A stretch of 64,000 bases of DNA, from positions 20,274,001-20,338,000 of the forward strand of contig CP158635.1 of assembly GCA_050273025.1 (NCBI GenBank). The letters run 5' to 3'. The position numbers and the translations under genes are program-made. Below, piece after piece: positions 1 to 11,585 of the stretch (position 1 is its first letter; every line of letters starts with the position of its first letter). Under the pieces are notes generated by a model that had not been told where the DNA came from, ran no database searches, and saw nothing but the letters and a program-made list of their open reading frames with translations. The DNA is from Cenococcum geophilum. Taxonomy: Eukaryota.

Positions 1-3000
1 AACCAATACTTTACTAAGTATAGTAAGGTAAATAGTATATAAACCGTCGCTATCCTTAATAACTAATCTACGCTCCATTCTATTATAAAGTTAGATATCT
101 TTAATAAGCTAAAAAAAAGTTCCACGTTCTCCTTTAATAATAGATACTTGGCGAATATCTTCTATAGCATTATACCAGATACTAGAGCCGCAGGAGTATC
201 TATAGCAGGAAAGCCTCAAGTTTAAGCTCTTTAGTAGCTTAATAGCTCTGTTTAAATTAACTAATTAACAGCAGGCCAATATACAATTCGCTTTAGTAAG
301 GGTACTATAATCTCTCTTAGCACAATTAAGGTCCAAACCCCATTAGGATATATTACTTTCTATATTGTCCCTATAAATACCCTATTCCTATTCTGCATCC
401 AAGATATAAACAAATTAGGTATTAAGCTTAACAACCTTAAAAATATACTTATCTAGGGAGATAATCAGGTGCCCGTTGTACGCAAGTAGGGTCACCCTTA
501 GTTACTCCTTCAATAGCCAAAAAGGAGCGTTGCTTAGAGCCACCTAACTAAGTCAGAGTTACGTTAACTACACCGTCGTTTTAGCCACCTATCTATTTAC
601 CAATTGCTTAAGGTCCTTTAGCAAGCAGGTTATAAAGTTAAGGTTAAGGTAATTAAACATCTTATAAAGTACTACTATTACTGCTAAATAAACCAGAAGT
701 CCCCTAGCTGATTTAAGTTTACTCTTAAAGACAACTATAACTTTAACTTCTGCATTATTATAGATGTTATATATCTTAACAGCAAGCCAGTACTCCAAGT
801 TATTAACTTCTTAACCTCCTTCTAAGCCGCACGCTTTTTAAAAGATATATCAGCTAGAAACGTATAGAATACTCTTTAATTATACTAAATTAATATCTAC
901 CTAGGACCCCCTAATCAAATCGTTTATAATATAGGAAAGAACTTCTTATCTACGGAGTTTCAATAACAGGTAAAGGCAATAACAATTAAGGTTAAGAAAG
1001 TCCCTATTAAGGTACATAATAGTATTAGAAAAGTAAAATAATATTATACGCCATTACGCCGCGCATATAAGATTATTTCTTTAAAACTAGAGGGTACTAG
1101 CAAAAAGCTTATCCTATAGATAGCTGTTAAGGCTGTTAACGATACCGCTAGCCCAGATAGGCTCGTACCTATATTGCTAGTCTTTAGCACCTACCCTTAA
1201 ATAACTAACAATTCTCTACTATCTCCCTCTATTGCGTAATAAGCTAAGGCTATTCGCAAGGCAATAAAGGAGGTGCAATATCTCTACGCCACGCGCCAGG
1301 TTAATAACGCACTAAAAATAAAAAATGGCCTAAACACCTTAACTATACTTAATCTACCACTCTAATCGGAGGTACGCGTATGGCGTAAAAAGGGAGGATA
1401 GTCAGGCCCACATAAACTCATTGTAATTAATAGTTAAACTTACACTCTTTAAATGCCCCATAAACCCACTTAATTCCACTCAACCGTTATTAAGCCCTAC
1501 TATAGGGATAATAGCTCTAAGCCTTTATAGAATACCCCAGAGGATACCCTAAAGGAGAACCACAATTAACGTACTCTAAAAGGCGAAGGCAATTCTAATA
1601 TAATTGTAGTAGATGTACCGCAACTATGACGCGGTAGAGGTCGCCTAAAGGGATCACGAAATCGCCAACATCTTATCAATTTCGAAGAGCAATTTGTTAC
1701 TGCTATTAAGAATAGAGATAAACTATTAATGGCCTTTATAACAGCTAAAGAGAAGGCTAACTTTAAACTCGTAAAACAGCTCTAAAAGAAAGGCCGTATT
1801 ATAACTCTAGGAGCTCCTTTCTAAGTATCTAATAAGTAGGAAATCGACAGTCTTATTATAAGAGGAGTCTTTAAATTTAAGAAATATAACCCTACTAAGT
1901 TTAATAGAGTCCGCATATTTAAGTTAAGAATAGTTAATAAAATTAAAGGTAAAGCTACTAATACCCCATTTAAGAAGTTAAGGCTAGTCATTTAAGGTTA
2001 TAATAATAACGGTAAGGAAGTAATCCTTATACAATCCCCTATAATTCAACGAGCTAGTTAATAAGTCATTATTACGCTAGCTCCCTCCTTAATAAAGAAT
2101 AGGATAGCGGTTTACCTATAAAACATTACTTAGGCCTATACCCAATTAGAGACGCGCCTTTAGCGCTTAATACTAACATACCTTCCAGAGTAAATTCGCT
2201 ACTAATATCCCAAGGATACGATTATAGTCGTACTTAAGCCATTATATAGAATCGCAGAGGTAGGAACTTATTAGTAGGCTACCTATAGCAAGCACTATAA
2301 GGAGAAGCTTTTAATAACTACTTTTATATTTAATCCCTGCTTCCTTATTATAACTACGGGAACTCCATTTGGAATTGTCGGTATATAAACAAACAATATA
2401 ATTATCTTAAGAGATGACCAATTCTTAGCTCTTAAAGAAGATAAGCTAGTAAAGGTAAACCTTATAGCAAAGCCAAAGGAAAGACTTAACTTAGCAACAC
2501 TATTACTTTTTAACGGATATATCCTCTCCCTAAATAAGGGCTCTATTACTCTACGCCAGAAGGGTTAAGGTAAGAAGATTAACGTTATTAACGTTAATTC
2601 TCTAAAGCAAGGATATATAGAGTAACGCGCTCGCGGAGCTTATATAGCTTCTATCTATTAACCTAAGACTTCCTTTAATCTCTCTGTTGCCGCTTAATAC
2701 CAGGAACCAACTAAGGATAATATTCTTACCCTAAATAAGCGTCTTTCCTAGTAAATAAACCATCTTAACAGGGGACTACTCTACGTGCCTATTAACCTTC
2801 CTACCGCTAAGCTCTTTATATTCGTTAATAGATCGTTTACAAATAATAAAGATTTTAGCTCCCAACTAGGATATAAGATTATTATCGCGAATAAATCTAC
2901 TAGAGAGAATAACTTTATAATCCACGGCAACCTTATCTATTAGAGCTTAACTAAAAGTAAGCGCATTACTTAAAGCGTTCTAGCGTTAGAGATATATAGA

Positions 3001-3883
3001 ATAGTCGGCGGAGTTAATATAGTAATTGCAATTGGAACTACCCTTAAGATAATTATAGACCGGCTTAAACTTCCTACTATCCCTATAATCGTATATACCG
3101 ACTTATATTCCCTCTACAAGTATTTAGTCAAGCTTGGTACTACAAAGGAGAAGCGTCTTATAATCAATATTATAGCACTTTAACAGTCCTATAAGCGTTA
3201 AAAACTCTTTAAGATCTAATGGATTAATAGCTAAGATAACCCAGTAGATATAATAATAAAGGTAAACCCAAATAAGGCACTAGAGACGTTTGTTAACATA
3301 AATACTCTATATATACGAGTTAAAGGTTAGGTTAAGAGGGAAATTTAGAGAAGTTAAGATCTTATAAAACTTCAACCGCTAGTTAAAGTTGTCTAATTAG
3401 TTAAATCCTTGCCAAGAGCGCCGCGCCTAATTAATTTAGGTAGCGGTGTGGACTTCTACTAACCAATCAGGATTTTCCATGCCCGGTATAGAAAATCGCC
3501 ATTAGCTCACTTACTACTAGCGTCTTAGCGGCCCACCCGTCTTCACATTATCCACCAAATTCTACCAACTACCGCATTATCGTATATCGTCTGGTTTTAT
3601 TGCATATTATCTAGTTTTATTACATATTGTCTAGTATTATTATATACTGTCTATTTATATATATATATATAGCAACTATAAAAAAAAGAGTTGCCAGTGT
3701 TAGAAATAAGGCAAGTTGCCGTCGCATAAAGCATATTGCCGTCACGTGTTGACGTGGCCCTAGCGTAGTAAGGAACCTTAAGTTCCTCACCCCTTTCCTC
3801 ATTCCTATTAATAAGAATTAACCAACATCACTGTAACCCTACTCGAGTAGTCGTTATTGGTAAGTCACCCTATGTTTCCAACA
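1..3883 (+). mobile_element. RIP-degraded Ty1/Copia LTR retrotransposon (integrase-RT-RNaseH plus 3' LTR 3698-3883); 5' part lies outside the window
   Basis: Relic peptides DTA(G)PD(G)LVP.LLVF(G)TYP (~1141), K(S)RLVI(Q)GYN..GKEVIL.QSP (~1975) and (W)S(S)TKSKR.T.SVLA.EI (~2940), in Copia domain order. A purine tract is followed by a TGTT...AACA LTR at 3698-3883. Many RIP stops. Confidence 0.9.
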
Positions 3884-4687
3884 TAAATAAATCTACTAGA
3901 GAGAATAACTTTATAATTTACGGCAATCTTATCTATTAGAGCTTAACTAAGAGTAAACGCGTTACTTAAAGCGTTCTAGCGTTAGAGATATATAAAATAG
4001 TTAGCGGAGTTAATATAGTAATTACAATTGGAACTACCCTAAAGATAATTATAGATCGACTTAAACTTCCTATTATCCCTATAATCGTATATACCAACTT
4101 ATATTCCCTCTATAAGTGTTTAATTAAGCTTAGTACTATAAAGGAGAAGCGCCTTATAATTAATATTATAGCACTTTATTAATCCTATAAATAGTAAAAA
4201 CTCTTTAAGATTTAATAGATTAATAGTTAAGATAATCTAGTAGATATAATAATAAAGGCAAACCTAAATAAGGCTCTAGAAACGTTTGTTAATACAAACA
4301 CTCTATATATATAAGTTAAAGGTTAGGTTAAAAGGGAGTAAGAGTATAATATTCTATAGACCCTAATTTCAACTAGCTAATTAGGATTTTCCATACCCGG
4401 TATAGAAAATTGCTATTAGCTCGCTTATAACTAGCGCCTTAGCGGCCCCAACACGATATCCACCCACGACTTTAAGCAATATTTATATATAGATGGCAAC
4501 TATAAAAGAAGAGTTGCTAGTGTTGGGAATAAGGCAAGCGGTTATTATATAACGCCGCGGCACTAGCGTAGCGAGGAGTCTTAGGCTCCTCGCCCTTTCT
4601 CATTCCAATTAAATAAGCTTTATTAACTAACATCACTATAACCTACTCAAGTAGTCGTTATTGGTGAGTCACCCTATATGACCAACA
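3884..4687 (+). mobile_element. 3' fragment of a second, related Copia copy (RNaseH end plus LTR 4521-4687), into which the first copy appears to have inserted
   Basis: 3887-4340 nearly repeats 2891-3345. LTR TGTTGGG...CCAACA is similar to 3698-3883. Confidence 0.85.
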
Positions 4688-5091
4688 TTACTAAAGTATT
4701 TAGAGTTAATAATTTATTTAATAGTCCACTCCTTATAGTTCTTATCTTCGTTCTTATCTCGGATTAGTACTAGTAGGGGTTTAGGCTATATCTACCCTAG
4801 TAAGGGGTTAGGCTAATAAAGGTATAGTAGCTATAGATAAAATATAGGCCATATTCTATGGGTGGCTAGGGTAAGTAGGAGTTCTAGCTTATATACAGCT
4901 CCCCTATTAATAACTTATTTAATTAAATAGGGGCTAAGGTTCTTATAATTAAGTGACTTTATAAGCCTCTATATAGAGATATTATATATATCTAGCTATA
5001 CTTAGTCGCCAACACGTATCTCTAGTGGTGGCGTTCTATGGCGGTCAGTAAAGTAGGCCTACTTTACTTAAGCCTAGGCCATTTCTCCTTA

Positions 5092-5222
5092 TCCCTTCGC
5101 ACGTTGGAGTCCTACACTTGGCGCCAAGCCTAGGAACATCGTACACACGGGCGCCCAATAGGCGCCTCTTATTGGCCAGGCCCTTATCGATACCGTAGGA
5201 CGCAAACCAACGTGCGAAGGGA
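5092..5222. mobile_element. Tc1/mariner-type MITE (131 bp), 'TCCCTT' family
   Basis: Perfect 16-bp TIR tcccttcgcacgttgg / ccaacgtgcgaaggga, flanked by TA on both sides. Confidence 0.9.
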
Positions 5223-6619
5223 TAGTAGTTAAGTAGATTTTTTATACGGTCTATATACTAGTTAGTAAGTAGCATCTTAAGGCGTTTTCTAACCCTATAT
5301 TTAATAATTAGAAGCTTTAATTATAGGATAAGCTTAAAGTTAATATAGACCACTTCCCTACTACTTAGGCTAAAATGGCCTATATCTTCGGCCGTACCGG
5401 CTGGGACGTATAGACGTACCTACGTCCGCGATACGTATAGGACTTAGCAGATCTCTTCCTCTCTAAAGAAGAGATAATTATTTACCTATCTTTTATTTAT
5501 AAGGACCCCTTTAAAGTATAAAACGCCCGACTTAATTATAAATGCCTAAATATAAAAACGATAGAGACCTTCTAGGCCTTTTAGACCCGCTTTTTACACC
5601 TAGCTAGCTAGGCTTAAATTCCTTAGGAAGATTTAATACTGGACCTATTTAATAAGCTTACCCTAGACCTGCAGCGAGCCGTATTACTAGTTTTTACTAC
5701 TATATAGACGCTAAAGGAACTTACGGACTAGTGCTTAGCTATTAACTAAGGCCTTTACTAAATTAAAGTATACGCTAAACGGTATAAAGCTAGAAACCCT
5801 TTAAGTTAGACTATAAGCAATATAAGAACGGCCCGTAATGCCCTAGCACGATCGGCAACCCCTATAGCACCACCCGTATAGCCCGCCGCCAATTTAGCAG
5901 CTAGCTATGCAGCTAGTCCTACTATAGGTCTAGTGAATGCTCGGCCTATATATAGGCCCTTAGTAATTAAGGAGCTTACTTCTCTTATAGTTAGAAAGGT
6001 CACCATATAAAGAATTGCCTAATAAACGCAAAAGTAGACGAGGTTCTATTAATTTAGGAGGACTCCGCTTCTGTATTAACTACTATAAGCTAAATAATAT
6101 AACCTATAAGGACTGCTATCCGCTTTCCTAACTTAATAAAACTTTAGCCCAAATAAGTAGAGCTAAGGTCTTTATAAAGCTTAATATCTACTAGGCCTTT
6201 TACTAAATTAGGATAAACCCTAAGTCTAAAAATCTTATTATATTTTAGACCTATTACGGAATATATAAATATAAGGTACTTCCTTTTAGACTAACTAATG
6301 GACTAGCTACGCACCAACGGTATATAAATAATGTACTCTTTAATTACTTAGACGACTTTTATACGGCCTATTTAGATAATATTATAATTTACTTTAAGAA
6401 TAAGCTAAAATACGAGGAGTATGTCTATAAAGTCCTATAACGGCTCTACGAGGCTAGCCTTTAGGTTAATATTAAGAAGTTAGAGTTTAGTATTAAGCGG
6501 ATAAAGTACCTAGGTTTTATTATTAGTATAAATGAAATTAAAACCGACTTAGAGAAGACGGCCGTAATTAACTAGTAGGCACCCCCACGGACCGTAAAGG
6601 GGGTATAATTATTTTTAGG

Positions 6620-6705
6620 GGCCGTCGAAAACGGATTCTGCACCTATACGTGGTGACGGCTACAAACCTAGGTCTTTAAAGTTCAGACCCAAAGCCAACG
6701 CAGAG
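6620..6705 (+). ncRNA. HDV-like self-cleaving ribozyme fold (RIP-mutated) at the 5' end of the non-LTR element
   Basis: P1 GGCCGTC 6620-26 / GACGGCT 6655-61 (G1.U wobble). P2 TTCTGC 6636-41 / GCAGAG 6700-05. P3 ACC/GGT. L3 TATACGT. P4 TAGGTCT/AGACCCA. J4/2 GCCAAC with candidate catalytic C6695. Confidence 0.8.
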
Positions 6706-7640
6706 ACGTTATATAGCGCGTGCAAGTAGGACCTAGTAGTTATATACGTCGTAGGGCGTAGTAAAAAGTTTTTACATAGGATAGTAAGATCTCAAAAACC
6801 ACTACTAACGGTACCCCTTTATAATATAGCCACTAGTTCTCCTACTAAGCACCTATATAATCTAACGTGGATGAACAGCTTTTAAAAGCATCCCCTAGCC
6901 CCCAATGGAAAGCATTAACGACCTCACATTAACGGACGAACGAGCGTACGAGCGAACGAACAAATAAGCAAATATACGGCCCCTCCTAACCCCCAGGGCA
7001 GTCGCCCGCGGAGCATGCGGTTACTCGCCGTTTTTAACTACCAAATACTACCTAGCAGCTTGGATTGCGACCCACAGTTTTCCCTATCTCCTTTCGACGG
7101 AGTAGTAACCCTTAGAGAGGGCCTAGCTGGGGCCTAGGCATAAAAGATACCTAAATAACACAATATCCCGCTCGCTTATTAGTATTACGGTGGTTAGAAC
7201 GGATAAATCCCCCTTACGCCTTTGATAGCTCTAGGGGGGGGGAGGCAAGGCGTATATAGCAGTGGTCTACATAAGAGATAGCATATAGGGGATGGGTAAG
7301 ATATAGGACACAAAGAGATAATAAGACACAGCAATCGATCAGCAAGGCCTAGCTGGGACGTAGTGAACCCTAGCTTTAATAAGCTAGAGAAGGAAGTAGT
7401 GGTTCCTAAGGAGTTCAAAACATTTAAGGAGGAGGACGTGTAGTAGGCCTGTAGGGCCGCTGCTACGTGCAAACATGGCAAATTGGGGTTTTTCATCCTA
7501 CTGAGGCTGCTTATAGGGTTTTTCCTCCCCCAACTGCAGGGTTTTCTTCATGTAAATTATAAGTTTTCCCCCCTATAACGGAGTAGTCTGCGTAGGCCAA
7601 GATAGGATCCGTATTAGACGTTAATCAAAGAACTACTACT
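6620..7640 (+). mobile_element. Non-autonomous non-LTR retroelement (SINE/SIDE-like, ~1.02 kb) inserted in the Gypsy RT
   Basis: 13-bp TSD aattatttttagg at 6607-6619 and 7641-7653, and an (ACT)3 tail. Removing the insert restores the GV(Q)(S)FLGFCNFY RT frame. No recognisable ORF. Confidence 0.88.
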
Positions 7641-10049
7641 AATTATTTTTAGGTTTTTGTAACTTCTACTAACGCTTTATTAAGAACTATAGTAGGATTA
7701 CCCGGCCTCTTAACCGTCTTACTAGAAAAGACTAGCCCTTTTACTTTAACGCTATATATAGGCAGGCCTTTAATAAGCTTAAGAAACGGCTAGTATTGGC
7801 TCCCCTATTTACCTATTTTAACCTAAAACGGCCTTTAATACTAGAAACTAATGCCTTAAACAGCGTAATAGCTAGTGTTTTTCCCCCAGAAGTAACCGGA
7901 TAAAGAGTAGCACCCTATTATATACTATTTAAAAACTATAATAGATGCTGAGCTAAACTACCACATCTATAATAAAGAAATGCTAGCTATTATCTCTAGC
8001 TTTTAGCACTGGTGTATATAGCTAGAGGGGACCCCTAAGCCAATTAAGGTAGTTTCAGATTATAAGGCTTTAGAATACTTTATAATAACTAAGGCCCTTA
8101 TAGCCTAGTAGGCACACTAGGTAAATACCCTATCTTAGTTTAACTTCTTAATTATATATAGACTAGGTACTATAAACCGTGCGGACGCTTTTATAAGGTA
8201 TAAGTAAAACCTAGATAACTAGATAGCTATAAAGATCTTATTATAGACCTAGACGCTACTATAACTAGAATACCTTAACCCCTAAATACGGGCAGAACTA
8301 AGCACGGACCCCCTAGGCGCTAAGATATATTTTATTAACTCCTCTAAACTTAACCTTATTAATAAACTACTATAGGCTAACTAAATAACCCCCTCTCTAT
8401 AGGAGTACCGCAAAAAGGTAAAGAACGTTACTAGCCTATAGTCCCTTAAAAACGGACTACTTAAGTACTAGAAACGGCTAGTAGTAGCTAAGGAATAGAA
8501 CTTATAGACCCAGCTTATTGCCAAAGCTTATACCTAGGTCTCTACGGCCTACCTTAGAAAAAAATAAGACCTGTAAGATTATTAGTAACCGCTACTACTA
8601 GCCTAGAATAGTTATAAATATTGACCGTTATATACGGAACTGTGATAGCTGCTATAGATCTATAATCCTATAAAATAAGACCCTAGGATTATTAAAACCA
8701 CTCCTAATACTATAACGCCCTTAGTAATATATCTTTATAGACTTTTATAAGCTACCTATAGACCATAACGAATATAATATAGTTATAATTCTAGTTAACC
8801 GCTTTAATAAGCGCCTGTTTTTAATCCTATATTATAAGAATATTAATGCTAAAGAAGCGGCCTAATTATATATCTACTACGTCTACTAAATCTATGGACT
8901 ACTAAATACTATTATATCCAATTATAGGCCGTAATTTATATTAGATTTCTAGAATAAGTTTACCTAGATTTTAGGCATTAAGCTAAAGCTTTTTACTATA
9001 TATCACCCTAGATAGATAGTTAGACGGAAATTATAAATTAATACTTAGATTAGAGACTTCGGCCCTTTATTAACTACTTTTAAAATAACTGGGCTAAACT
9101 ATTACCCTTAATAGACTATACCCAAGTAACCCTACCCTATAACTCTATAGGATTTGCCCCTATTTAACTAAAAATAGGATACTTACCCTATATAAGCTTT
9201 AACTAGGAAAGACTAGAAGAACCCCAGAATATATACAAAAAACTATCTTATAAGAAAGCACGGCAGTACGCTAAGCGCTTAGAAGAAGCCTAGATAGTAG
9301 CCCGTATAAATCTAAAAAAGGCCTAAAAATTAATATAATAATAGGTAAATAAGTATAGACAAGAGCCTGACTTTACCGTAAAAGATATAGTTTAGGTTAT
9401 AATAAAGAACTAGAAGACGGAACAACCTAGCTATAAGCTAAACTATTAAATAGCAAGACCGTATAAGGTTCTTAAAAAGATAGGCAATATATATAAAGTA
9501 AAGCTCCCAAATTTAATTAAAGTTTACCCTATTTTCTCTCTGGATAAACTACAGAAAGCTATAAATAACCTATTACCTAGACAAAAGAATAAACCTCCCC
9601 TGCTAATCTAAGTAAATAGCAATAATAAATAGGAAATTAAAGAAATACTGGCCTATAAGCTTATAAGGGGAATGTTAAAATATTATATTAAGTGGAAAGG
9701 GTACGACCTGGACCCCACTTAATACCCTATATAGAACTTTATAGGTAGTCCCTATAAGCTTTAAAAGTTTTATAGTCGTTACCCTAACAAACCCGGACCC
9801 CTAAAGTACCTTAATAAGTAGATAGAGTGCTAGAATAGCGAAGACAATAAGCTGCCCATTAATTATAAAGATAAGAATACCCTATAGATATAATATAGAC
9901 GTATAAAGCTTAAGGGCAGGCTTTTTTAGAAAAGGGGGGGGTAATATTACGGCGCTAGTAGAAACTAGTGGAAACTAGTAGAAACTAGTAAATTATATAG
10001 GCTTACGCGTCCCTCTTGCCGTGCTCGTGCCTTAATTAACTAAGTCGCT

Positions 10050-11451
10050 AATAATAGGGAGGCTAGTAAGAGAAAAGATACTAAAATAGTAAAAAAATAA
10101 CTAGCAATAGAATAAGAATAAAGGAAAATACTATACTAAAATCTATAAAGAAAGCTATTAGAGGTATATCGAGAATATATTTATAGTATAAGAGCTAAAA
10201 CAAGACCACCTAGGAGCTATTAGGAAATCTAAAGAATGCTATAGAAAAGGTATAGGAGTATTAAAAGAGAATGGGTTAGGTAATATTAAAAAGGAGCTAA
10301 AAATAAAATAATTAGTTAAAGGTAATAGATAAGCTAGATTATCTAAGGGATCTACTACTAGTATATAAGCTGTTTCCGCCTCTTCTTAATTATAATCATT
10401 TTTAGCCTCTTTATTCTTAAGCTTACGGAGACCTTACTTAATAAGACGCTACTCCTTAGAGTATACCTTTTTATAACCCTTTTTAAGACGAACTAGACAA
10501 GCATAGGCAGTCTATTAAGCTTTAAATACTTTCCGCTCTTTAATATAAATCTATTCTCTATTATTACGAAGCTTTTATACTTTAGTAAGAGCAGTAATAA
10601 GTTTATCTTTAAGGTGGAACGCCTTAGATTAAATATAGGACCCTATAATAAATTAGATAAGAAAGTTAAAGACTTTAAAGACTAGTAAAATACGTACACT
10701 TAGTGTTAGAAATGGATTAAATATTACAAGACGATTATATATTCGCTCGCGTATACTTAGTATAAAAAGAAGGCTAGTAACTAGACGGAGCCGCGATTAT
10801 AATATATACTAACTTCCTTTCCTTATAATAAGAATAGGATGGTATAACTTTACTAAGTATAAGAATAACAGTTACTAGCTGGTTACGATAATTAGACGCA
10901 GGGGATTTAATAAAAGGTATTAAAAATAATAAAGGTTATTAAATTAAAAACGGGAATGCTATACCTCTAATAAACAACTTAGAGATAGAAGATATCTTTA
11001 AGGACAAAGATAGAGAGGAGGGGGATAGTGTTATAGACCTTATATTAGTAGTAGTACGACTACTAAGAAGAGATATAAATGGGTTAATTAAAATAGTATA
11101 GGAGATACTAGAACTGATTAAGCTATAAGATAAGAGGTAACTAAGTTATATAGCTAGTTACGTTATAAGTTTAAAACGTAGGAACGTAGGAATATAGAAA
11201 CGTAAGACGTACTAACGTACTAACGTACTGACGTACTTAGTACATTTCTTAGGCGCAGTATTGTGTACTTAAAGGACTACAGTCTCTACCTAGATAGTTC
11301 TCTTTTTTATAGTACATTTTAGAATATAATTAGAGTTAATTTGTTAGGCAAACACTCCACTAGTTATTATTACGTTATTAACTTTCTTGTTATTTACATA
11401 CCTAGCCCATTAATAAGTTTACAGTAGTTCCTACTACAAGGCTTTATTACA
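10050..11451 (+). mobile_element. 3' remnant of a family-A-related Gypsy element (subfamily B) with 3' LTR 11029-11451
   Basis: PPT gagaggagggggatag is followed by a TGTT...TACA LTR. Its R/U5 half is the reverse complement of the family A LTRs (18381, 25705) and its U3 half matches 48387-48683. Confidence 0.8.
10330..10920 (-). pseudogene. Antisense accessory gene relic of Gypsy B: Zn(II)2Cys6-like cluster, intron (10697-10643), coiled coil
   Basis: Homologous to the copies at 18882 and 60468. Intact GTACGT donor, CTAAT branch site and TAG acceptor; Cys6 is retained as TGT. The 3' end is approximate. Confidence 0.7.
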
Positions 11452-11454
11452 CAT

Positions 11455-11585
11455 TTACTATACGTCTACGGTATATCTACGTCTACAGTACGTTTACGGT
11501 GCGTCTACGTCTATAGTACGTCTATAGTGCGTCTATAGTATACCTATAATACGCCTACAGTACGCCTACTATACGTCTATAGTGT
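11455..11585. repeat. Degenerate ~11-bp minisatellite (tacgtctacag-like)
   Basis: Repeated cgtctacag / cgtctatag units. Confidence 0.75.

Larger units (their letters stand above)
4688..10050 (+). mobile_element. RIP-degraded chromodomain Ty3/Gypsy element G1 (gag, protease deleted, RT, RNaseH, integrase, chromodomain, PPT, truncated 3' LTR from 9945)
   Basis: A gag zinc-knuckle relic at ~5975-6020 joins directly to GGLRFC.NY.KLN (~6057). Also YLD(D)I motif ~6370, RNaseH LET(D)AS ~7840, IKWKGYD chromodomain ~9690, PPT 9929-9941. The left boundary is approximate. Confidence 0.85.

Noticed and set aside
7160..7190. Minus-strand ctaataag as a RIPed hammerhead CUGAUGAG core
   Set aside because: Not conserved in the second family copy, and there is no convincing stem II/GAAA arrangement.
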